Shown piece after piece: positions 38,542-52,397 of a DNA stretch of 64,000 nucleotides. The translations under genes were made by a program, and so were the position numbers. The stretch covers positions 253,456,001 through 253,520,000 of the forward strand of contig OZ024740.1 of assembly GCA_964016885.1 (NCBI GenBank). The letters run 5' to 3'. The stretch's first letter is position 1; each line of letters begins with the position of its first letter. The DNA is from Eledone cirrhosa (lineage: Eukaryota). The notes beneath the pieces are model-generated. The model was not told where the DNA came from. It searched no databases and saw only the letters and a program-made list of their open reading frames with translations.

Positions 38542-40063
38542 GGGTAATTCCATATCAAATCACCTAGTTTCAGAAATATTTCCCAGGTCACCCCCTCAGA
38601 TCCCCCTGAAAAACTTCATACTAGCCCCTGAACCTATATGATGGAAAAATATCAAGTATTAGGTCAATATCTTTGATAGTTTTGAAATTGTAGGCCTTTA
38701 AAATATTAATTAATTATGCAATTTTTTTCCGAACAAACCTCTTGGACCAACTTGAGATAGCCATTGCTCCTCTAATAAGGTAAGCACAAGTTTGGGGCTA
38801 ACTTTTTCTGTAGAGTTCAAATATATTATCAAATGAAGTGTATCTTGTATATTTCTCCATCTACAGGCCTCTGAAAATTGCCAAGAATTAAACATACAGC
38901 AAATGTATGCCTCTTTTAGGTATTTCTATCTCAATAGGTACACTAGATAAATTGACCATAATTGTTTTCCTGTTACTTAGCATATAGTAGACCATTTCTG
39001 AGCAGTAACCATGTTAGTTACTATTATGGGAGTGTCAGAATAATTTTTTTAAATATGTGCGATTTCAAAAAATGTCCATTTGAAGCCCTTAGTTAACCAT
39101 GTGGGCAGTTCACTATCATTTTCAAATTTTTACCACTTTTGAAGATGATGTGACAGAAATTTGGTTTTGTTGCTGAGCTTTTTTCAGAGTTATGAATTTT
39201 AAGAAATTCAGTTGTCAGCGCTTTGTACAGGATCAACTTATTCATAAAACATGGATATAAAACAGTATGTTGCATGCCTGTGAACGGTGAAACTCTTGAT
39301 TATCCAACTGACTATTGAGGTACTCTTGTAATGCCTCTTTCCCAGGACACCGTTCACAGGCATGCAACATACTGTTTTATATCCATGTTTTATGAATATC
39401 TAAAAATTCACAACTCTGAAAAGAAGCTCAGCAACAAAACCAAATTTCTGTCACATCATCTTCAGAGGTATAAGAATGCATGGTAAAAATTTGAAAACAA
39501 TAGTGAACTGCCCACATGGTCAACTAAGGGCTTCAAATGGACACATATTTCAAAAACTTATTCTGACACTCCCATAATAGTTACTAACATGGTTACTGCT
39601 CAGAAATGGTCTACTATATGCTAAGTAACAGGAAAACAATTATGGTCGCTTTATCTAGTGTACCTATTGAGATAGAAATACCTAAAAGAAGGATACATTT
39701 GCTGTATGTTTAATTCTTGGAAATTTTCAGAGGCCTGTAGATGGAAAATATATACAAAATATACTTGATTTAATAAGATATTTGAACTTTACAGAAAAAG
39801 TTAGCCCCCAAACACATGATTTCAAAGTTGTGTTACCATATTAGAGGAGAAATGGCTCTCTCAAGTTGGTCCGAGAGGCACGTTCGGAAAAAATGTATAA
39901 TTAATTAATATTTTAAAGGCCTAAAATTTCAAAACTATCAAAGATATTAACCTAATACTTGATATTTTTCCACCATATAGGTACAGGAGCTAGTATGGAT
40001 TTTTTCAGGGGGATCTGAGGGGGTGACCTGGGACCCGCTGGGTGATTTGAGCTGGAATGACCC
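38542..40063. mobile_element. 1.5-kb foldback non-autonomous DNA transposon (possibly Sola2-like)
   Basis: ~750-bp inverted arms around a ~60-bp spacer, termini GGGTAATTCCA / TGGAATGACCC, 4-bp TSD CATA. Removal restores host LINE frame NIIISFHKGM. Confidence 0.85.
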
Positions 40064-40676
40064 CATATCCTTCCATAAGGGCATGGAAGTATCGATTATG
40101 TCAGATGGTGAATGCTCTGAACCCTTTTCTGTTCCAAATGGTGCAAATCATGGTTGTGTCATGGCTCCTGTCCTCTTTGCTTTATTCTTTTCTGTAATGC
40201 TCCTGCATGCATTTGGCAATTTGGACACTGGTGTCAGAGTTGAGTTCCGTATGTTGGGTGGGCTATTCAACCATCAGCGCCTTAAGGCTAAAACCCTCAC
40301 ACAAATAAGTATCATTCACAATCTACTATTTGTTAATGATGCTGCTCTTGATTGCAATATCCCTCAAAGAGGCGCAGGAATTGATGAACCGCTTTTCGCT
40401 TGCCTGTAAGACTTTTGGTCTAATAACACCATGTAACAAAAAATTTTTTTTCTCTCTTCCTGGCTTGTAATCACTTTTTGTGTTGCTTAGGTCCCAAATA
40501 AATTAAAAAAAGTGCTATTAATCAGTTAAAAGTTGGGGTTTGTAAAAATTCTAAGCTATTCACTAGAATTATTTGTATGCTGGATTTTACGTTGTATGTA
40601 AGTTTAATTTGCTTATGTTAAATGATTTTTTAATATATGTTTCGGGTTAAATTAAAATTATAAAATAAAGAGTAAT

Positions 40677-41356
40677 ACCTAAAAAAAATTATAAAAGTGC
40701 AATCTGTATGTCTGGCTGTCTGCATTACGTCACTTCCCTGAGGATGTCTGTCTGTGTGTGTGTGTATGAGTTTGAATCCCTAAAACTCGAGAAGTACCCA
40801 ACCGGTTTTTTTCAAACTTCACATGTGTATTACTTGTTTCAGGGAGTGCTATGCACATAATAAATTTAACTTTTTGATCTCCTAGGGCCTGCATTAGGTG
40901 AAAAACTGCGTTTTTTCAGGGGTTTTTTTTAGGCGTTACGTCGGACCGATTTACTTGAAATTGTAACTATGTATTAGTCAGTCTCTTCTTCATATCGTGA
41001 GCAAAGAAAATCCAACTTTTTTATGGCCTAGGGCCCGCATTAGGTGAAAAAATTCCTTTTTTCAGCTTTTTAGGGCTTTTTTGAGGCGTTACGTCTAGCC
41101 GATTTTCCTGAAATTTCAAGGCATATTATGCACATAAATAAAATTCATTTTCTTGATCCCATAGGGTCCGCCTTAGGTGAAAACCTGCATTTTTCCTGTT
41201 TCATCGAGAAAAATCTTAAAGATTATCCAGCCATCAGAGTATTCGGTTTATTTTATTTACATATTGTCCAGGCATGCAGTTTTTCCACGATTAGGTCTGT
41301 TGGCGGCCCGTGTTCAAAAATACCTTATCCCGTGCAACGCCGGGTACCACTGCTAG
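40677..41356 (+). mobile_element. Non-autonomous Helitron-like element inside Chapaev3
   Basis: 3' hairpin CCCGTGCAACGCCGGG followed by CTAG|T; (TGTC)n near the 5' end. 5' boundary approximate. Confidence 0.7.
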
Positions 41357-43465
41357 TAAAGTATAAAATTGTTAAAAAGTGGATTAAAGAGATTTATTGA
41401 TACTGGATTTTCGTACCCTGAATAAAGGGTGAGTTGTGTTTTAAGCACAAATTTTCATTAGTATTTTCATTAGTATATTTAAAACAAATTAAACAAATTT
41501 TCATTAGTATTTTCATTAGTATTTTCATTAGTATATTTAAAACAATTTAAAACATTTTCATTAGTATATTTACATATATATTTCCCTTTCCAATAATTAT
41601 TTTGTATTGCGTATCAAATTTATTTTGTATTTTAGGTTTTGATCATGACATTAGACTTGTAATTAAAAATTTCTTTCATTGAACTGCACTGCAATTTGGT
41701 GCTAAATATTAATTTTTGTTTTCAAAATTTGATGACTTTAGCCTGAATTACCCTACTTATTTTATATATGTATGTTCATTTAACATGTTTTTATTTATAC
41801 TTTCAGATCTATAAGATCTATATTTTCTGACTGCATGTATTTCTATATTTTTAGAATGGCTTCAAGAGACTGCTGGCACCACCCTGACTCTTTCTGTTTT
41901 ATATGCGGTGAGTATATAAAGAAGAGAGGCAAAAAATTCTCCTTGGAAACGTCGGTGAAGGTTTGTGAAGCCTACCAGAAGTACTTCGGGATGCCTGTTG
42001 TGAGCACTGTAAGAAAACTGTGGAAGGGTGACTGTGAGGTGAGAAAACGTCCCTGAAATTTTCCAACCCACGGGTCTGCTTAGAGCCAACAGACCACGTC
42101 ACAAACTGCTTTTTTTGCATGGTGGATGTTAGCAAGCGGCGGAAAGGAAAGAATGCTGCTGATGTAGATTATCCAGATCTTCCATCATCAATTGCTCCAA
42201 TTCTTCACTGCTCCAAATATCCCGTGCCAGTGCCACCTGCTCCAGATGAAGTCCAAGACAAGAATTCGGATGAAGAGGAGGAGATGGATGCTGAGGACTT
42301 GGATTACCTGCCTGAGATACCAGAAAAAGTTCCTCACTTCCCAAACCAAAAAGAAGTCAATGACTTGGTCAGGGATATGGGTCTGACCAAGTCCAATGCA
42401 GAGCTATTCGTCTCCAGGATGAAGCAGTGGAACTTGGTCAAGGACCAAGTGCAGGTGACAAGTCAGAGAAGTCGACACAAACCTTTCTCAGGCTTTTACA
42501 CTCTTAGGGATGGCCTCTGCTTCTGCCATGACGTGCCTGGATTGTTTGACATTATTGGGGTGCCATTTGTACCCAAGGAGTGGCGGCTATTTATAGACAG
42601 CTCCACCACAAGTTTGAAGGCTGTCCTCCTCCACAATGGAAACAAGTTCCTGACACTGCGCCTAGCTCATTCAGTCTGCCTGAAGGAAGATTACTACAGT
42701 GTGAAAGTCCTCTTGGAAGCTCTGCAATACAACCAGTACAATTGGGAAATCATTGGAGACTTCAAGATGGTGGCTTTCCTGCTTGGACTCCAAGGAGGCT
42801 TTATCAAATTCCAATGCTTCCTCTGCCTTTAAGTTGGGGTTGATGCCGCCACTGCACATTAAGTTGGGGTTGATGAAGCAGTTTGTGAAGGCTCTCAACC
42901 AAGAATCAGCCGCTTTTAAGTACCTTCTTGAGTTCTTCCCCAAGTTATCTGAGGCCAAAATCAAAGGTGGAATTTTTGTTGGACCTCAGATAAAGAAGGT
43001 GTTTGAGTCTACCAAGTTCTCCAATAAGCTCAATAGGATTGAGAGAACAGCATGGAACTGTTTCAAGGCAGTTGTTAAGAGCCTCCTGGGCAACTACAGA
43101 GCTGAAAACTACCAGCAACTGGTGCAGGACCTGATAAAGGCTTTTGGGATTCAGGATGTCGCTTAAACTCCATATGCTGGATGCTCACCTGGAAAAATTC
43201 AAGGACAATATGGGCGTCTACTCAGAAGAACAAAGAGAACGATTCCACCAAGATGTGAAAGAGATAGAGCGGAGGTACCAGGGCCACTACAATGAAAAAT
43301 TGATGGGGGGACTATATCTGGGGGCTAGTGCGGGAATGCGACCTGGACTATAACCGCAAATCCAGGAAATCCAGTCATTTCTGACGTGTATAAGTTGCTT
43401 TAAAAGTGTTATTTGTTTTTACTTGTTTGCTTTTGATAAGCTTGTGAAATAAAATAAATATATAC

Positions 43466-43593
43466 ATCAGTTCCTGTATGAGCAAGGCATGGTCAGCCGA
43501 CCAGACACTGCACACAACAGGACAACCCGTCTAACCCATGCTAGCGTGGAAGAACGGACGTAAAACGGTGATCATGATGATGATGATGATGAT
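43466..43593 (+). mobile_element. Young RTE 3' tail fragment inside Chapaev3
   Basis: Nearly identical to 26949-27070, with (GAT)n. Confidence 0.9.
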
Positions 43594-45361
43594 ATACTCT
43601 GTTGATTTAATTATGTGAACTGATAAATTTTTTTTAAATGTGTTTTTTCTTGAAAAATATGAAAATTTCGAAATATCAAACTCCTGACTACAAACCCAAA
43701 CTTCTGATTAAATAATAGTGTTTTTTTTATAATAATGGGATATAACAAACAAGGAAATGACACTTAGAACCGGGGAACAAAAAATATGTTACACGGTGTA
43801 ATCAGCATCAAGAAGACTGAGGTGGTACATCAACCAAAGCCTTCCCCCAGGTATACGTTAAACAGGTGCAGCCATATCAAGGGCATCCTCTGGCGCCCAT
43901 CATCTGCATCCCTGGATGATGAGATTGTTAATTGCACCTCCAAGGCAACTGATGCTTTTGACAAACTACATCACCACCTATGTGCCAGAGGTATATCCCT
44001 GAACACAAAAGTTGCAGTTTATCGTGCAGTGCTACTGACAACACTCTTAGTGTTCAGTGTCATGGACACTTTGCTGCACCCACATTTATAAGTTTGATAT
44101 CTTCCACAAACGCTGTCTTCTCTCTGTCTGTGGATATGTACTTTCTGACAGTCTCCAATGCTGAAATGTTTGCAAGGTGCAACATTGGTGGGATTGAGTC
44201 ATTTCTGATGCAATCCCCACACAGATGAGCTGATCACATCCTATGGACGTCTGAGGTCCACACACTTAAGGTACTGTTGTACAGTCAGCTCCAGGATGGT
44301 GTGCATAGTGTGGGCAGGCCACTACTCCGATATAAGGACAAACTGAAGTACAATCTTAAGTCTGTCAACACACCTCTTTCTTCGTTTGAAGAAAGATGGA
44401 GAACTGTCTGCCAGGAAGGTATAAAAGACTTTGAGAAATCTCATTTAGCCCTCCTCTATGAGATAAGTTCAGCCAGGCATTCCAGCCTGCTCTGTTTGAG
44501 ATCCTGTCACCTGCACCAAATGCGGATTAATGTGTAAATCAGCATTGCCATTTGAGGCATGAACATAAAACAATGAACTGAAAAGACTGTTGAACCCTCA
44601 TACATCAAATTGATAGGAGAGACCATCATATATATATATATACTAGCAGAATGGCCTGGCATTGTTCAGGATTCTAAACATAGATTGGCATGTTTATCCC
44701 TCCTTTCTGAAACAGTACAGAGAAGTACGGAATACCTCGGCCTGGGGATGGTGTCTATATTTTGTGCTTATAAAAAAAATTTGACGTAGATTACCAGGGG
44801 TTTAACTTAATTGGATGCCTGAGAATAAAATGTTCAACCCACGAAAGCCAAGACAATAGGGCTAAGTAAAAGGGCATTCGACAAACCGAACATGTATTTG
44901 TTGTGCTATGGTACAATGAAAGCAATAGTTACAGAGCAGTAAGCATGTGGGACTGCAGTGGTGGAGAGTGGTGTGGTCTTACTCCTTTCAATGTTTCGTC
45001 ATATGTTCACCAAAAGTCTTAATGAAAAGTGAAGTCGCCTTGGGTGAATAGGCAAATAATTTTCCATTACGATTTTTCAAAAGCATATAATTGCGTTCCC
45101 TCTCTTTTTTGTTGTTTTTGCTGCTGTTTATATTTTGTTTTTGTGTATGCAAAAATATCTGTACACAAATATATATATATATATATATATATACACAGTT
45201 CAAGAGTAACCAATCTTAAAGAGAGAGATGGAGATAGGAGAGGAGAGATTGGTGAATTAGTTAGAAGCCAAAGCGTAACGGCATGTACCCAATGTGTAAT
45301 ATGCAGTGGAAAGCAGCTAGGTGGCTGGGTTCATGCAGAAGTTAGGCGCGCAGAGCTGGAA

Positions 45362-46820
45362 ATATTCATTAGTTAAGCAAAACAAGATCACAAATTTCAC
45401 AAGGAAGACATTATTAAAAGATTGTCAACATATTTTAGTTTGATGTAAGGAATGTAGAGAATAATAATAATAATATTAATAATAATTGTTTCTACTTTAG
45501 GCACAAGGCCAGCAATTACCCAGTGCATTACTGGTACTTTATTTTATCGACCCCGTAAGGATGAAAGGCAAAGTCAACCTCGGCGGGATTTGAACTCAGA
45601 TCGTAAAGGGACGTAACTATGCTGGAAAGCATGACGTCCAACCCTCTACCGATACTGCCAATCTAATATTAATAATAATAATGTCCGTTTACAATTGTTT
45701 CGCTACTCCTTATAATATTTTTGGATCAAATGACTATATATCATAATTGATCTGGTTCAGTTGAAAATAATTAACATATTTAAAAACAGAGCGGCTCATT
45801 GGAACTTCAAAGGAATATAAATTAAAATAAGGAAAGAATGTTACATAATGTAATGTTCCATATATTGGTATTTCACTATGGTGTCCTGGGTGTACCAATT
45901 GTTTACCATTATCAAGCAGTATTCATCTGTCGAGGCTGCATTGTGTGTAACAAGATCGCCGCCAATGGACATATTTACCTTACTAGAGGGTGGTTTCAGG
46001 GGAAGTAACACCTCAATAGATTAGAAATTGTGGGTAGTTTATAGTTAAGAGCTAATTTTTTAATTGAGAGACAATGTAGGGGAGGTAACTTATAATTATC
46101 TAAGTTAGTTATAGCTATTTAACTTATTAGTTACAAGTAAAAATGGGGCTAGATGACTATGTTGGGTCAAATATTCTGTTGGCGAAGGAATTAGCCCTTC
46201 GATGTTGACAGCTAATAGTTACCTCCGTTCTATCGTTAATCGGTAGAGGTCGTGATAGAGTTATGTAATATGCTTCAGTAATACAGAGATCACAAGATTT
46301 TCTTCATCCATTGAACGGTTGGACCCTAGCTAAGATTTCCCATGTTAGTAAGTGTTCAATTAACCAACATTGAACACTCATTAACATGGGATATCTTAGC
46401 TAGGGCCCAACCGTTCAATGGATGAAGAAAATCTTGTGATCTCTGTATTACCGAAGCATATTACATAACTCTATCACGACCTCTACCGATTAAAACGATA
46501 GAATGGAGGTAACTATTAGCTGTCAACATTACATTATGTAACATTCTTTCCTTATTTTAATTTATATTCCTTTGAAGTTCCAATGAGCCGCTCGATCTTT
46601 AAATATGTTAATTATTTTCAACTAAACCAGATCAATAATGATATATAGTCATTTGATCCAGAAATATTATAAGGAGTAGCGAAATAATTGTAAACGGACA
46701 TTATTATTATTAATATTATTATTATTATTCTCTACATTCCTTACATCAAACTAAAATATGTTGACAATCTTTTAATAATGTCTTCCTTGTGAAATTTGTG
46801 GTCTTGTTTTGCTTAACTAA

Positions 46821-46827
<7 letters not shown>
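45362..46827. repeat. Long palindrome between (TA)n tracts, hammerhead-like motif in each arm; SINE inserted in left arm (45485-45665)
   Basis: Arms 45362-45857 / 46527-46827, near-perfect central hairpin 46202-46529, left arm ~345 bp longer. Confidence 0.9.
46577..46695 (+). ncRNA. Degenerate hammerhead with 80-nt stem II loop; mirror copy at 45687-45805 (-)
   Basis: GTT-CCAATGA-GCCGCTC...GAGTAGC-GAAA-(C/T)AATTG-TA-AAC. Core CUGA is altered. Confidence 0.55.
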
Positions 46828-46889
<62 letters not shown>

Positions 46890-48883
46890 TAAAATAAGAG
46901 ATTAAAGTTTAAGCAAAGAATCACTGCTTTCACCCTTAACGGGATCTTCTGAAACTAAAAAAAATCTGTGAACGCAGAAGTAAATATTTCGAAAAACGTT
47001 ACACACTATAAATATATATATACACACATTATATATAATATATACATATATACACACATAGTTAGCGTCATAATGTCTTAATGCAGACAGGCAGACATAC
47101 AGACAGATATTATAAGGACGTGACGTTCGGCGCCTAATGCGGTCCCTAGGGCATTGAAATTTTTTTTATCAAAACATTCAGACGACCATAAGTATTACAT
47201 GTGTAAAGTTTGAAAAAAATCGGTTGAGTGGTTCGCGAGTTTTAGGGAGTCAGTCAGACAGACAGACATTCTCTGTTTTATATATATATCTATATATATA
47301 TATATATATATATATATTGATAGTGATGGTGACACACCAAAAGGCCCCCAACCTACACTGTAAAATGGTTGTGTAGGTGTCATGGCAAGAAGCACCCAGC
47401 CCAGACTAAAGTGGTCGTGTTGGTGACATGACAATAAGCACCCAGTTCACACTGTATGGTGGTCGAGTAGGTGGACAAAAAAGCACCCAGTACTCACTCT
47501 AAATGAGGTTGGTGTTAGGAAGGGCATCCAGCTGTAGAAACCAAGCCAAAATCAGTTCTGTATGTGCAAGACATGGTCACCTGACCTAGCATTGTCCACA
47601 ACAGGGCAATCCATCTAATCCATACTTGCATGGAAAAATTGACGTAAAACGGTGATGGTGGTGATGATGATATCTATAATATTATAAAGCTGAGTGTCAT
47701 GTGTATGTATTATGTATGTATCCTACACACCTCCCTATAGTTTCTTAGCTTTACTATCTCCGTCGCTCTTCTCTCTCTCTAAAATAGATCATTCCCCCTC
47801 TCTATAATTTAACTGCTTTACTCTCTGTCTCTCCTCACTCTCTATATGACAACACTCTTTTAATTTCCGTATCTACCTTCAATATGTCAACAGAGATGAG
47901 CGTCGTATGTATGTTAATTTCAAAAGGATAAAACCTCCTTCAAATTCAGTCAACACACACGCAGTGTAATACATACATCAAAAGGCAACCCTCTTAGAGA
48001 GACAGAGAGTGAAAGAGACAGATTAGGAAAATTACACACACACCACACACACACACACATCTAAAGAGGAGAGAGGAGCGAGGAGAGAGACAGGAAAAGA
48101 GAAACAGAGGGACGGGCAAGTAGGTAATACATACATCTAAAATCATTTGGATACAAATATATATAATGGTTGCAGAATGAAAATACAGACAAATATAATA
48201 ATGTATGTATCCCACACACTTTTCTGTCATCGCTCGCATAAGTAACACACACACACAAATACACATACTTTCACACCTGATTTCGCCAATTGCCAGATAA
48301 CATCAAAACAAAACACACAAACACACATACAACATACACATACACACACACACATATCTATACTTTATATGTATGGATGTAAGATCATTCCCTCTCTCTA
48401 TAATTTAACTGCTTTACTCTCTCTGTCACTCTTCACTCTCTATATGACAACACTGTTTTAGTTTCCGTATCTCCTTTCAATATATACGCAGAGAGAGAGA
48501 AAGAGAGAGATTTAGAGAAAGATTAGGAAAACTAGACACACACATCCTACAGAGAGAGACAGAAAAGCAGAGGGAGGGGAAAAAGAGAGAGATAGGCCGT
48601 TAGACAGAGAGAGATACATCAATAAGTTAAAAAATGAGTTCAAATCCCGCCAAGGTTAACTTTCCCTTTCATCCTTACGGGGCCGATACAATAAAGTACC
48701 AGTAATGTACTGGGTAATTGTTGGCCTTGTGCCTAAAATAGAAACAATTATTATTATATTAGGGCGGTGGATTGGCACTGTCGGTAGAGGGTCGGACGCC
48801 ATGCTTTGACATATAGAATTACTGGCCTTGTGCCAAAAGTGGAAACAATTATTATTATTTAGGCCAGTGGATTGGCAATATCG

Positions 48884-49083
48884 NNNNNNNNNNNNNNNNN
48901 NNNNNNNNNNNNNNNNNNNNNNNNNNNNNNNNNNNNNNNNNNNNNNNNNNNNNNNNNNNNNNNNNNNNNNNNNNNNNNNNNNNNNNNNNNNNNNNNNNNN
49001 NNNNNNNNNNNNNNNNNNNNNNNNNNNNNNNNNNNNNNNNNNNNNNNNNNNNNNNNNNNNNNNNNNNNNNNNNNNNNNNNNNN
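48884..49083. other. Assembly gap (200 N)
   Basis: Run of N flanked by SINE copies. Confidence 0.99.
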
Positions 49084-49214
49084 ATTGTTGATGATGATGT
49101 TGATTTACAGAGTAAATTCAGTTAACTGAAAGTATCATTTCAGTCATCCATTTGGTTATTTATTTACAAATACTTTATTGATTTTAGGTTTTGAACTGAT
49201 AATAAATAATAATA

Positions 49215-49400
49215 ATAATAATTGTTTCTACTTTAGGCACAAGGCTAGCAATTACCCAGTGCATTACTGGTACTTTATTTTATTCGACCCCGTAAGGATG
49301 AAAGGCAAAGTCAACCTCGGCGGGATTGAACTCAGATCGTAAAGGGACGTAACTATGCTGGAAAGCATGGCGTCCGACCCTCTATTGATACTGCCAATAA
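49215..49400 (-). mobile_element. tRNA-derived SINE (same family); further copies at 48635-48883, 45485-45665, 31125-31213, 11855-11905
   Basis: Same consensus as 6363-6560. Confidence 0.9.
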
Positions 49401-50504
49401 TAATGATGAATTTCAACGTTTTATTATTTTCTAATATTGGGAGTGAAATTGACTGGCAGTCAAATTACAGAGGTTCAAATTACCAGAGTCAAAATACCAG
49501 GAGTGAAATTACCAAGAGTCAAAGTACCTAGAACCATATATATATGTGTGTGTATAAGTCAGATGTGGGTCCCAGTCCCTCTATGTGATCAGAAGTAATT
49601 CTGATGTGTCCAACCTTTGCTAGCAGGGAGAATGAATGTATGGTGATGATGATGATTGAAAGGAATGGACATCCGTTAGTTTCAAAAATGAGTGTTCCAG
49701 TTGGTTGATCAATGAAACACTTTCTTAATGAAATTAATGTGCAAGAGACTGAGTATTCCACACACACACATATACACTTAATGTAATTTTCCGAAAAAGA
49801 GTTACCCTTCTTCTGTAAATATCTAGCCCATGGGGCATAGGCATGGCCAAATGGTTAAGAAATTTGCTTCAAATTCATAAGGTCTTGGCTTTGTTTCCAC
49901 TACATAGAATCTTGGGTTGGATCAAGCCTTGTGAATGAAACTGGGTACAGGAAATCTATTTGGAAGCCCATTTGATGGACTACTGTACCTGTACTTCAAA
50001 AGGCCAGTCTTGTCACACACTGGGTAAATGCTGAATCTCCCTGAAAATTTAATTATTAGTATACAGATCTGTGTAATTCTCAGACACTTGCAGAATAATT
50101 TCATGAGTTGACTGCCCCATTCCTCAACCAACTGGATCACTCATCATCAAATCCAACATCAGTCTGATCCATTCCATTCTGCTCCATATATTTTTGTATG
50201 TATGTATGGACACCTGAAGGAGTCACTGAGGGGGGTGGGGGTGGCATATGGCATTTCTAAGGTATTTTTAAACCAGGCAGAGCCCACCTTTCTAGATCTG
50301 AATACAGCAGAGAAGGATAAAAAGTGAGAGAATGGAAGTGAGAAAGAAATATAGAGAAAGAATCGACTCCAGTACTGGTACTTTTTTTTATTAACCTTAA
50401 ATGCACGAAAGAGAAAGTGAAAAATCAATATTATGTATTTCTTAGAATGTGTTCAGTTGAATGATACATTCAACTTTTGAAATATAAGAATCAAAATATT
50501 TTAA

Positions 50505-50670
50505 ATTTTAGATAAACTTGCAAGCTTTAACCCCTTTTTAGATAAACTTGCAACCCTTTAAACCATTTTTTAGACAAACTTACAAGCCTCAAGTCCCTTT
50601 TTTACACAAACTTGTAAGCCTTTAATCCCATTTTTAGACAAAATTGCAAGCCTCTAACCCTTTTTTAAGA
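50505..50670. repeat. ~30-bp minisatellite
   Basis: TTTTTAGA(T/C)AAACTTGCAAGCCTTTAACCC-like units x5. Confidence 0.75.
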
Positions 50671-51461
50671 CTATTTTTACTGTATTTTAATTAAATATAT
50701 GACCAATGTGTTTCAATTAATTTTGAAAATAATCAAAAACCTGCAGGAATGTACTAAAATAACCAACTTTTTCATTGGTAAGTTTGGAACAATTTTCTAC
50801 AAATATTAATATTAATCCAAGTACAAGTGTTTTATGGTCATTTTCTCCTATTAAAGTAGGGGTTAGACTGACAGGTCCTAAGATAGGCTTCATATTCATC
50901 ATGGGCTCCTTTGTGGAAATGTTTTATGGCCAGATGCCCTTTCTGGAGTCAAACCTTTTAGACAACTCATATTATACACATGCACAGGGGTACAATCTAC
51001 CTATCCTAAATCTAATATACAAAGAACAAATCATCATCATCATCATCAACACCATTTAATGTCTATTTTTCATGTTTACATGGGTTAGTCAAGTCATCAT
51101 GTACTGAAGTCAGAGAGATCATGTGACCATGTCTTGCTAATGTTCTCTGTTTTGGGCTTGGTTTCTATGGCTGGATGCCCTTCTTAATGTCAACCATTTT
51201 ACAGCATGTATTGAGAGCTTTTTATCATGACGATGGCACTATAACCTAACCGGGTGGACTGGATCCTTTTTGTCATGAAACCAGCACTACCACCTTACAG
51301 GGTGGACTGGATCCTTTTTGTCATGGAACCAGCACTACTAACTTACAGGGTGGACTAGGTGTTTTTTATTGTGACACCAACACTACCTCCATACAGAGTG
51401 GATTGGGTGCATGTTGTTGTGACATCAGACAGTCATAAAAAAAAAATAAATATTATTTTAC

Positions 51462-51535
51462 CCTGTCCATGGTGAAAATTTCAATGTCTATGTGAGCTGC
51501 TAAAAGAATGGTCCCTGCAGGGGTTTCATAGACTC
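51462..51535 (-). CDS. ASS1: Argininosuccinate synthase coding exon
   Basis: (G)[24 protein letters not shown], containing the YETP motif. Acceptor tttcag, donor gtaaaa, 74 nt, phase 1/0. Confidence 0.97.
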
Positions 51536-52397
51536 CTGAAATAATAAAAACAAAAAACAAAATTTAGACAGGATTTAAATTAGGATAAAACAAAGTTATT
51601 AATGATGACATTTAAACACAATTACTTTAGATTTGAAATATCATCAAGAGAGAATTAATGAGAATTTATATCTTAAACAACTGTCTGTCAAAAATGTTGT
51701 GAATTTCTTTTATTTAGAATTTTTGGAACACAAAAAAGAGGAAGGGGCAAATATTTTAAAGTGCCACACCTCTCTCTCCTATATATCATCATCATCATTT
51801 TACGTCCGCTTTTCCCTGCTTGCAAGGGTGGGACGGGAACTGATTCTGGCTTGATTTCTACCTAACACCAACCTCATTTACAGTGAGTGCTTGGTGCTTT
51901 TTTTTCCGTGGGGCCTACACGTCCACTTTACAGTGTGGGCTGGCAGCTTTTTTTGCCGTGGCACCTCCACAACCACTTTGCAGTGGAATGATAGGGATCC
52001 CAGTCCTATCATCTCATTTCTACAGCTGAGTAAACTGGAGCAATGTGAAATAAAGTGTCTTGCTCATATATATATCATCATCCTCATCATCATCATCATT
52101 ATCATCGTTTAACGTCCATTTTCCACGCTAGCATGGGTTAGACGTATATATATATATATATATCACAGGTAGAATTATATTAACAATTCTCAAAGATCAG
52201 TAGAGAATTAAAATAATACTATGTAATTGCCAGTTTATAAGAAAAAGGAATAGCTCAATGTGTTTATATAATATATAACGGTTTGAAGAAGAAAATATAT
52301 AAAGCTTGGAAAAGTGGTTATGCCTATAAATGCAGAGCAAATATAAACAAAGGTATTAATGAAAAAATTATACTTCTTTCATAAAAAACTATATTCC

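Larger units (their letters stand above)
40427..43798 (+). mobile_element. CMC-Chapaev3 DNA transposon (degenerate transposase)
   Basis: TIRs CACCATGTAACA / TGTTACACGGTG and 3-bp TSD TAA. Transposase motifs PDSFCFICGEY, EWRLFIDSS..SLKAVLLHNGN, GDFKMVAFLLGLQGG, PPLHIKLGLMKQFVKAL, SEEQRERFHQD (41856-43385). Confidence 0.88.
36098..44628 (+). mobile_element. Second, distinct RTE (BovB-like) LINE, degenerate and interrupted by DNA transposons
   Basis: APE GYSVFWSGK...GVGFVI, MGDLNARVG, TWMYPRSKDWHMIDFVI; RT GCVMAPVLFALFF; GRPLLRYKDKLK. No PHD finger. Confidence 0.85.
44642..47290 (-). mobile_element. Probable Helitron-like element hosting a palindromic insertion
   Basis: Minus-strand 3' hairpin + CTAG at 44642-44670. 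5'-like region at 47080-47290 resembles 40690-40900. Confidence 0.45.

Noticed and set aside
48828-49129. ORFs with poly-X
   Set aside because: Artefacts of the N gap.
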